DNA of 64,000 nucleotides from Phaeosaccion multiseriatum (Eukaryota; Protista; Ochrophyta, other classes): NCBI GenBank assembly GCA_965112735.1, contig OZ218964.1, positions 744,001 to 808,000 of the forward strand, read 5' to 3'. Shown piece by piece: positions 1 to 9,842 of this stretch (position 1 is its first letter; each line of letters starts with the position of its first letter). The notes under the pieces were generated by a model. It saw only the letters and a program-made list of their open reading frames with translations, ran no database searches and was not told where the DNA came from. The position numbers and the translations under genes were made by a program.

Positions 1-1904
1 GCTGCTGCAGCCACAAGGGGGTGAACACCCGGGAGGCGAGCACGCCCCCTCCCCCAGACCGGCTGTCTCCCCACACACGTCCTTCATCTCACCCCCATCC
101 ACTACCATCTCACCATCCAGGATCCTCGCACGCAGGGAAAAAGCCTTCTTCAGCTTGCAATTGGTAAAGACGTCCTGCCGCCGCTGGGTGGGGGACAGCT
201 GCTGCTGCTTCATGTTCCACCGCTTCCTCTTCTTGGAGACACTCCCTGTCCCGCCTGCCCCTACCATCCCCTCCGGCTGCGTCTTGCTTCTACTGCTTGG
301 GTCATGGAGAAAGCGGCAAACGGTTCGCACCACTGCCACGTGGTCGCCCTCCTTCTCCTCCTTCTCCCCCCCTTTCTTCTCCTTTTTCTTCCTCTTCTTC
401 TTCTTCGCCTCCTTCTCCTCCTCCTCCTCCTCCTCTTCCTCCTCGTCCTTCTCCTTCTGCTGCTCCTCCTCCTGCTCTCCAACCTCCAGCCCGGCAGCAG
501 CAGAAGCGTCTGACCTGCTGGCTGCTTCCTGTTGGCGCCTCCCTGCCCGCCTGGACTCTCGACTTGGCTCAACGGAGTCGCAGCAGTCTCCTCCTGCCCC
601 ACTCAGCACACCCCGAGAACAAGAGTGACGAAAGGCTGCCCTTGCCGCGGCCGCTGCCGCTGCTGCCATTCCCCCCAGGAATCCGTACGAGCCTTCTGAC
701 ACCGGTGCTGCTGACTGGAGAGCAGCAGCAGGAGGCGGCGTGGAAGGAGTAGACGCGATGGTACGCTTCCTCGGGTCCTTTGCACCAGCACCAGTGCCGG
801 CCCCGTCGGCTTCTGTGGTGGTACTGCTGTCTCCCCGCCCACCACGGGTATGGGCATCACCTTGCACTCTCGAGGTGGTACCGGTGCCGGTGGCCCACCG
901 GAGAGTAGAGGGGGAAGCGCTGCCTCTGCCACTGCTACTGTCTCCTGTCCTACCGCTGGACGATGACGAGGGCCGTCGACGCCGCCTTGAGCTAGAGATA
1001 GGAGATCGGTGGGAGGCGATGAATCTATCAACGCCAGAGATGGGCGGGGGGAGTATCCCACTGCTTTTGTGGCTGCTGCTGCTCGTGGGTACCCCGCTGG
1101 CCCCCGCTGCAGCTCTGGCTACTCTTGCGCCCCCCTTGTCGGCAGCAACAGTCATCAAGGCGTCCAGCAGAGCTTGCCGTCCCTGCTGGGACTTGGGGAT
1201 CATCAAGGCGTCTAGCAGGGAGGTTGCCTGCTGGAGGGAGGGCACGGGGCTAAAGTATCTGTCCCCCACGCTCCTCCAGTCCAGCTGCAATGCCCTCTTG
1301 CCCCCCTCGTGCTGAGGGGCGTCTTCTTCTCGGAACAGCGCCATCACCGTCACGTCCTCAGCAGTAGCACCATTGCTGCCACCATTCCTACTCCTCTTAC
1401 CCTTCTTACTGAGTCCACTGCCGTGGCTGCTGCTGCCGCTGGCAGAAGCGTTGTTGCTCCCGAAGCTGCCGCTGGATGAAGTCGACCGCTGCTTCTTCCC
1501 TTTCCCCTTGCTCTTCCCCTTACACTTCCCTTTTCTCCTCGTCACGTGCTGCTGGTGATGGGAGCCACGACCTCCAGCCTCCACATCGCTGAAGGCCTCC
1601 ATCCCGCTGCCGCCAGCCAAGGCGCTTGGGGGGAGGGCAGAAGGGCACCTGCCAGGGCTGCCCATCTCTCTCCTCCAAACTCGGCTGTTACGGCACACCA
1701 GCCCACGCAGCAGTACCCATGGGAGCTCCTGAGTTGGTCCTGCCTTCCTCTCCCACCATGAGCTGCAGGTTCCTGCTATTGCGGCGGCTCCTCTTACAAA
1801 TATAAAGCACGGGCAAGGGAGCTGCGGCCCGGACCCGGGGGGGCCTACCCCCTTGTTGCTTTCCTGCTCCAAAACCTCGCTTTGCTTTGCTTTGCCTCTT
1901 TCAT
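1..1904 (-). CDS. Hypothetical low-complexity protein, running off the left edge of the window; 5' exon structure uncertain
   Basis: Long minus-strand frame from ~1770 to the window edge (KGKCKGKSKGKGKK, LLDALM x2, acidic/basic tract). Its antisense mirror ORFs 155-628, 740-1315 and 1373-1558 share one frame. Candidate ATG at 1904. Confidence 0.5.
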
Positions 1905-2048
1905 AGCAGTGTTATTGTAATCAGTGGGGTGGGTGGGAGGAGCCGGGTGGCAGGTAGGACGGCAGCGCAGCAGCGGGGCAGCGTAGCATATAAATTTTTT
2001 GGCGAGCGATCCGCGACTTGTCCCTCTGCAAGTACTAACCCTTAGAAC

Positions 2049-5000
2049 ATGTGGCGGTCGGCAGCTGCTGCCCGGCGGCTGGAGAGACATGGCTCTGCTG
2101 CCGCTACGCTCATCCTTGCTGCAACGGCAGCCACCGCCGTAGCGCGTGTGCAGAAGAGGCAGCCGGAGGAGGATTCAGAAGGCTTACTCTCGGACCTTCA
2201 ATGCGAGGTTCAATGCCAGGGGGAGCAGGGAGAGCAACAGCAGCAGCAGCGGCGGGGGTTAAGGCGGAGACGCTCCCCGCCGCACCTGCAACAGCGTCAG
2301 CAGCAGCATGAGGGGAAGCCGCTCTTCAGGGGATGGAGGAGGCATGGCCATGGAGCCAGCGTAAGTGCTTCCGAGGAGAGGGAGATGGAGGAGGCATGGT
2401 GTGGGCGGTCCGTGCTCAGGCTGAAGCGGCAGCTACAGCAACGTCACGTTGCGCATTGCCACGAAGACGCGGACGGCGAAGGCGACTCGTCAGAGGAGGT
2501 GGAGAATTGGTCCAGCACCCACAAAGTCACAACTAAGGCCCTCCTCCGGCCGGAAAGTACAGAGGAGGTGGAGAGGATTATTGAAGAGGTGAGCATCTAG
2601 CTCTGTGTAGGCGTGGAAGAGACATAGAGTGTGACTGTGAGTCATTCAGGGGGGAATGGGTAGAGAGAGGGAAGAGAGACAGAGTTAATCCGCCTCTTCC
2701 TCCTAGGTAAAGGTTAGCAATGACCAATGTCATCAAGGCCCACCAAACACATTGAAGGGAGAAAGGTGCCCCACCTTTGAATGAATTGCATGTTCCCATT
2801 TTGCTTCTGATGACACACCCTTTCCCTCCTCTCCCCTTCCCTCCCTCCCTCCCTCCGAAGGCAAACAAGACGGGCAATAGCATCCGGGTGCTGGGTAACG
2901 CCATCTCTCCCAACGGTCTGGGCCTGAGCGAAGACACAATGCTCACCATGTCCCTCTGTGACCGTGTGCTGCACGTACATCCGCTGAGCATGACCGCGAG
3001 GGTGGAGGCAGGGGCTAGGGTTGAGCAAGTGGTGCAAGAGCTTGCAAAGTACAACCTCACACTCCAGAACTACGCCTCCATCAGCGAGCAACAGGTGGGG
3101 GAGGGGAGGGAAGAGGAGAGGAGGGTATGGGTAGGGAGGAGGGGAGGACATGTGGAGGAGAGGGGAGGGGGAGGAGAGGAGGGGAGGGGAGGGTGAGGGG
3201 AGGGAGGAGGGGCGGAGGGAGGGGAGGGGAGGGGACGGAGGAGGGGGTGGAGGGGGTGGAGGGAGGGGAGGTGTACGAGGGGAGGCCGTGGGTAGGGGTA
3301 GGGTAGGATAAGGGTCGGGTGGTGTAAGGTTGGGGTAGGGTAAGGGAGGGCAGGGGAGGGCAGCGCAGAGAAGGGCAGCGCAGAGAAGGGTAGCGCAGGG
3401 TAGAGTATGGTAAGAGAGGGTATCTCGGGTTGACTACACGCCGCCGCCTGGTTCAGAGCGCACTGCTCGCAGTGAGAAGGGGGGCGCCTCAGACGGGCCT
3501 GGTACAGCCGATAATTGACTTATGTGCTCTGATTCCCCTCCCCTCTCTCCCTCCCTCCCTCACCCCTCAGATTGGCGGCTTCTTGCAGGTCGGCGCGCAC
3601 GGCACTGGCGCTGATATTCCCCCTGTGGACGAGCAGATCATCTCCATGAAGTGAGTGAGTGAGTGTGTGTGTGTGTGGGTGTGTGTGTGTAGGGGTGCGT
3701 GTGTGTGGGTGCGTGTGCGTGTGTGTTCGTGTGTGCGAGAGAATGGACAGCTACCCCGCAGCCCTGCTGACTTACCTCTTACATCCATCGTATGCTGTAT
3801 CACCGACTGCACAACTGCGGCTGTATCACCAACTGATCCACCAGAGTTGTGACTCCCGGACTGGGCACCATCGAGTTGGGCAGGGAGGAAAACCCCGCCC
3901 TGTTCCGCCTCGTTAAGGTGGGGCTTGGGGCCTTCGGAGTTGTCACGGAGGTGACGCTGCAGTGCGTGCCCAGGCATCGCCTCGTGGAAACCACGACAGT
4001 GATGAGTAGAGATGAGGTGAGTGAGCCAGTCACTGCGTCCGTGCGTCAGAGAGTCAGTACGCAGCACGGCAGGCAGTGGGCAGTACCAGCAGCAGCACCA
4101 GCGGCAGCACCAGGGGCAGCACCAGCAGCACTGGCAGTACAACCACCACGGACGATGCACCTCCACAATCCATCGTGTGGGTATGCGTGTAGGCACCAAC
4201 TGCTCTCGTTGACGGGTCTCTTTCGTTGCCTGTCTCTCTCCCCCTTGCTTCATTGTGTTCCCTGCCATCTTCTACCCTCTGCTGCCATCTGCCGTAGGTG
4301 CTGGTGCGGCACTCGGCCCTCCTCCTGAACAACCGCCACGTGCGCTATATGTGGATCCCCTACACGGACAGCGTCGTCGTGGTCACGTGCAACCCCATCG
4401 GCACGTCTGCGGCACTCATCAGGTACCTCCCTGCCTGCCCATCTGTCTTATCTGTCTGCTTACCCTACCTACCCCTCTGTGTACAAGGAGGCTTGTGAAA
4501 AGGATACTTTGAGAGAGTTGTTGTGGCGCCCAAAAGGATACTTTGAGAGAGTTGTTGTGGCGCCCCTAACAGGAGACTTTGGCTATCATCATCAGGAGAC
4601 GTATGCCTCGCTGAAATACGAACTCCTGCGACCTTCCCATCCTTCTCACCCCGCTTCGTCATTTCGCTGTTCTTCCCATTCGCCGTCCTCTATCTCCTCG
4701 CGTCTGCTACCCTCAGACGAGCTACAACGCGCCCTCCGGAGGGTGTGGTGACGTGTTCTACCGAAGATACACCTAATGAGAAGAAGCAATGGTCGGAGGC
4801 CGAACGGGTGGAGCCAATGGTGCAGCTGTTGGCGGCGGCGATGGTTGGAGGGAAGAAGGGCAGCAGCAGCAAGGGGGCAGCAGTGGCAGGGGCAGGAGCG
4901 AGCGAGGAGGAGGTGCGGGCCATTCGGGAGAAGGGGGCCTCCTTCGCGGAGCTTCGGGACCAACTGCTCTTGGTGGACCCGCTCAATAAGGAGTGGGTCA

Positions 5001-6717
5001 AGCAGGTGAGCGAGTTGGTCATTTAGCATCATTCCTGTTTGTCGTGCCTGTGACGACGACCCCCTCTTTGCGAGCGCGCTCTCTCTGTGTGTGTGTGTGC
5101 GGGGGGGCGGGAGGGTGGGGGTGGACGTGTGTGTGTGCTTGTGTGTGTTGTGTGTTCTCTCGCCTCATCCTCAGCGTCCTCTGTGGGCCGTCGACCTTTA
5201 AGTGGTGTACCTCGCTCGCCTGGTCGCTGGTCGCTCATCGCTGCAGGTCAACCAAGCCGAGGCTGAGTTTTGGAAGCGCAGTCAGGGCCAGCGAGTGGAC
5301 TTCAGCGACAAAGTACTGGGCTTTGAGTGCGGGGGGCAGCAGTGGGTAAACGAAGTGGCCTTCCCCACAGGTTTGTGCTTGTCACTCTGTGGCAATTTCA
5401 GTTATGCGTTGACTGACCACTGTACTCAGTCCCTCAGTGGCAATTTCAGCTTTGCGTTCACCACTCGGGAGGCATGAATATCGGTCATGTCCGTACATGT
5501 TCTTGGCTTGTACTGAACAGCACAGCAGCGCTCCTCTGCTTGGAGCGTTGGGCACAAACGGCAACCAATAAACGGACCCCCTTCCTACCACCCACCCCAT
5601 CCACTGCCGTCCCACCTCCACCTTCCTCCCGTTCCAAATGTTTGCCCTGCTCCCCATAGGGACGCTCTCCGCCCCCTCCGGCGCGGACCTTGCCTTCATG
5701 CGCGAGCTACTTGGGCTCATTGAGGCCCACTCAGTGCCTGCCCCTGCCCCTATCGAACAGCGCTGGACTGCCTCAAGCTCTGCACGAATGAGCCCTGCAC
5801 ACGGGGAGAAGGGCGAAGTGCACTCTTGGGTAGGCATCATTCACTACCTGCCCACTGATGACCCTGAGGTACGTAAGGTAGTAAGTAGTAAGAGTGGTGT
5901 TAGGCAGCATGAGAGATGGGTGGATGGATGGGTGGATGGATGACTACTTGCCTGCCCACAGATGAGCCCGAGGTACAGTGCTATCGTGTATGGCAGTCTG
6001 TATTCAAGAATGGATGTCTCCGCTGAATCCTGTCCATCCATCCATAGGAGATCGAATGAAGCCAAAGGCGGGCTAATGAAGGAAGGGGAGCAAAATAAGG
6101 GGGGCAGGTTGCGCTAGTTCATTGTGTGTACTGTAGTACTGTATTCGTTTTCTTCTCTCCGCCTGCCCCCTTTGCCTCTGACACGTGGCGTACACGCACG
6201 GCATTTTGCCTTTGCTTGCCACTGTTCGTGTCACTCAGCTTTGGCACAGTAAGTCAGCCTGATTGACCTGAACAGAAGGGAGGCAATACATAGTGGTGTG
6301 CGTGCGTGTGTTGTTGTTGCTGACGGCCTTGTGTCCGTCCATCCGTCGGACGCTTTCCTGCCATCCCATCCCATCTGCCATCCCCCGCGAACACACACAC
6401 ACGCACACACACCACACACACAGATCCGCAAGGCCATCACGTCATCCTTCTTCAAGTACCGGGACCTCTGTGTAAACCATCTGTGGGGCAAGTACGGTGT
6501 GGCAGAGCACTGGGCAAAGGTGGAGAAGCCCCTCTGCGCCGCTGACGCCTCAACCCTGCAGCAGCGCCTGAGGAAGAGGTACCCGGTGGATGAATTTAAT
6601 GAGGTTCGGGGGTTGATGGACCCCAAGAACATCATGGCCACAAGCCATTTGGACGCCATGTTCGGGACTGGGGAGTACAGCAGTAAGGAAGAAGCAGCGG
6701 CCAAGAAGAGGGAGTAG
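2049..6717 (+). CDS. GLDH: L-galactono-1,4-lactone dehydrogenase (FAD-linked, mitochondrial), 9 exons
   Basis: Exons 2049-2588, 2861-3094, 3571-3650, 3845-4016, 4298-4422, 4717-5005, 5247-5370, 5660-5868 and 6424-6717 splice in phase at GT-AG. Motifs: NWSSTH, SPNGLG, LQNYASISEQQIGGFLQVGAHGTG, HVRYMWIPYTD, GFECGGQQWVNE, PAPAPIEQRW, HSWVGIIHYLP, EHWAKVE. Confidence 0.93.
4498..4565. repeat. Perfect 34-bp tandem duplication inside a GLDH intron
   Basis: aaaaggatactttgagagagttgttgtggcgccc x2. Confidence 0.9.
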
Positions 6718-6965
6718 ACAGGGAGGTACGCGATAATACTAGACTAGACTATACTAGATCAAGGTAGGACGTCCGTCAGCAGTGCCATTGTAATGGCATC
6801 TACTGCCATCTACTTGTCGTTGTGTTCCAATAGTCCAACAACTTCGTTAATAGTCTGGATAGAAACGAAAAAAAACTCCTAGTGCATCTCTTGACCTCTG
6901 CAGGACTAACGACCATTTCAATCTAGTTAGGTCATCTAGTTAGGTCCTGCCTATTTTATAAAAGG

Positions 6966-7216
6966 ACGCTTCGTTTGGTGAGAGGCAGGTACCATTGCCT
7001 GCCTTACCAAGAAGGCGCCGCTCTTTGCCAGCCGTATCTTACTTCCTACGGCCCCTCCATTTCGGTCCCCGGCCGCACTATCTCTTTTTTTTCGCATCAC
7101 CACACTAGAAACGTGCAGGGGCCACAAGAGAGACGCCAATGCTCATCGCGGCCACCAGGCAGTAAAGAGCTCCATGAAGACTAGCGCCGCCAGGGGAGGA
7201 GTTCTCAGTATCGCCA
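6966..7216. repeat. Left arm of a long inverted repeat: GPI-signal-like coding tail + 3' flank of the astacin-like gene
   Basis: Reverse complement of 11612-11840, with about 4 substitutions and one ~22-bp indel just after the stop codon. Confidence 0.95.
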
Positions 7217-9350
7217 ATGTTACCAAGATCAATTCCTTCCGTTGGCCCTGGCGTATCACGAGGGCTGTCCGTTGGGGCGGCTGTTGGCCCTGCCGAATCA
7301 CCGGCGTTGTCCGTTGGGGCGGTTGTTGGCGCTGTGCTACCATTATCGGTGCGGCGGTCGTTTGAAGGGATTGATCCTCCTCCGCAGGCGCAGCAGGCCT
7401 CCTTGGCAGTCTTGCCATAGTTCCCGACTTCATCGCCAAACTCGTTGCAGTTGTCGTCCTCCGCGTACCATTCACAGCCATCGTTGTTTTCATCATTCCA
7501 GCGGCTTGGACTGTCACTGCATCCCGGAGGGACATCGCTGAGGCTACTGGAGGCCGCCGGCGGCCTCTCGGGGGACCCTCCGCCACACGCACAGCACACG
7601 TCCGCCGCCGTAAGACCGCCGGAAGCAAAGTCGCTGCCGGCCCTACCGTAGTACTCGCAGTAATCGCCCTGTGCATACCAAGCGCAGTCGTCACCGACAG
7701 AGTCATACCAACCGCTCGGACTGTCCCAGCACGAAATGCTCGCGTCATCTACAGGATCCGACAATACCAAATCGTCCTCAGCACCTTGAGCAGTCGACCC
7801 CCCCCCACATGCGCAACATGCCTGATTGGCAGTCACTCCGAAGTTCATCTTGCCCGACCCATAGTCTATGCAGTTGGTGCTTTCAGCATACCACTCGCAG
7901 TTGTCCCCGAAGAAGTCATACCACCCCAGTGGACTGTCACTGCATTCTTCTTCTTGCAATTTTCTCTGACCCCCCTCTGCCACCGTATAAAAAATCCACT
8001 TTTGTCTGCGGCTGGCAAAACCTGGCCCCGTCCCTTCGCCCTCGTCGGCGCTGTTGCAGGTCGAAAGCTCCAGCCGGGGGGGAAAGAAGGCCTGGGTGAT
8101 GCACACTTCTGGGTTGTTTAGGGGCCTGTAAGAATCGTCAGTGTAAAACTCCCACACGAACCTGCCGTCGTTCGCAAAACAGCTATTAATCATCAGTCTT
8201 GTCCCCAGAGTTGTCGCTCCAGCAGAACCCACAAGGCATTTATTGGCATCGAGACCATTGCGCGTGTACTTATTCGGGCTTCTGTACCAAACTTGTCCGG
8301 CCGTTTGATCGCAAGGTTCCATCGAAACCGGAGTCCCATCCGTTGTGCTCCGTACGCTCAGACAAAGGGAGGGAGACTCAGGGCTGGAAATGTAGTAAGG
8401 GGTTCCGATGTCCGATGCGGTGCCCCCGTCAGGGCCGCTGGTGCCGCCGTCAGGGCCGCTGGTGTCAGCTCCACATGTATTGCCATTGCACGTCAAGTCA
8501 CCTTGGCAAGCATCGTCATTGCCGTTGCATCCCACCGCCCCTTCCCAGCACTTGCAATCGGATGTGCAGAGATCCGCCTGGTAGTCGCTGAGCCGGCGAG
8601 GACCAGTCAGGCATTGATACAGTAGGCGCACTTCAATAATGTCTTGGTCACTCGCCCCGTCTCGCTGCCCAATTCGATCCTCATCTATCCCAGGGGGGAC
8701 CTGGATCGTCTTCAAGTTCTGGCCGACCAGCCCCCTGTCGAGAAAATCGGTTGCTTTGTAATGCATCACTGAGTCATAATCATATTCGCCTTCAAGAGCA
8801 TCAGAACCCCGTTCGATATCAAAGTTGTGGCGCGCCTTGGACGAGACGTTTTCCATGTTGATCGTTACATAGTTGTCACGATCTGCGCGTGATTGTTCGT
8901 GATAGAAGCCAAGGGCGTGGAGGAACGCGTGCTGGATGATACCGAAGCTGACACAGGTGCCAGAAGATCGCGCAGACGGCTTCGCAAGAATTAGATCCTG
9001 CACTGTACCACTTGTAACCCTTCCGACCCAGGAAGAGCATCCTAGCCCCGTCTTCACGTGGATATAAGCTCTGTGTGAAGACGTTCGACGTACGAACTTG
9101 ACCACTCCCGAATCCTCAGCAAGCTGGTTAATTGCTTCAACAATAAGCTGCTCATCTTCAGAGTCGAATGCGCCATCAATAGTGTAAGGGACTATGATAA
9201 CATCACCGCTTCTTTCCTTCCAGCGTCCACCGGAGCGTACACTCAGTTGCCGCTGGGAACCCAAGTTGCGTTGTTCAGAAGCATTTGCGAGCGTGTTGGT
9301 CATTCGGGCAGTTGCCAATATGCACCCCAACACAATTCCCCCCCCCTCAT
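7105..9350 (-). CDS. Astacin (M12A)-like metalloprotease homolog with catalytic E->A, plus ricin B-type lectin domain, 3 Cys-rich CCACGGG repeats, P/T stalk and GPI-signal-like tail; intronless
   Basis: Motifs GCSSWVGR, HAFLHALGFYHEQSRADRD and Met-turn YDYDSVMHY. Ricin-type CL..(Q)xW repeats (CDQTAGQVW, RQKW). Three C.DSP..W.D....C.WYA...CCACGGG repeats. Hydrophobic C-terminus. The probable ATG at 9350 is out of frame by one base across a G9 run; the nearest in-frame Met is 9303. Confidence 0.88.
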
Positions 9351-9382
9351 TGCTCTTGTTATACTCTTCTACTGCTACCAGT

Positions 9383-9414
<32 letters not shown>

Positions 9415-9842
9415 GCTTTGGGGAAAGTATGAAAGGTCCCCGCAGAGCTGGAAGGAAAGAAGGAAAGAGTGAAGGAAAAAGCGGAAGGAAAGAAGGAAAG
9501 AGAGGAGATGGAGAAAGTATGAGTGTCTCCGCAAAGGAAAGAAGGAAATTTTCAACGAGTGCGTCGACAAGAAGCAAATGGGAAAGAAGGAAAGAAGTAT
9601 TGAAGTTTACCAGCCCACCGCCACCACCACAAGCAGCAGCAGCAGCTTCAGCGTGAGGACTACCTACCGGACCAAGAAAGGTCTATACTATTTCCTTTTT
9701 TTCTCTCTTTCTTCTTTCGTACTTAAGTACTTGTTTATCATGAAGTTTTGCTGGGGGCGAATTCCGCTCTCATCCTGATGGCCTCGCCCCTCCCTGCTCT
9801 TGCTCCTACTCCTCCTCCTTTTTGCGAAGGGACAGGGCAGAT

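Noticed and set aside
9351-9570. N-terminal extension of the 821-aa astacin ORF from the ORF track
   Set aside because: Low-complexity intergenic sequence with a non-ATG start; a better start is 9350 or 9303
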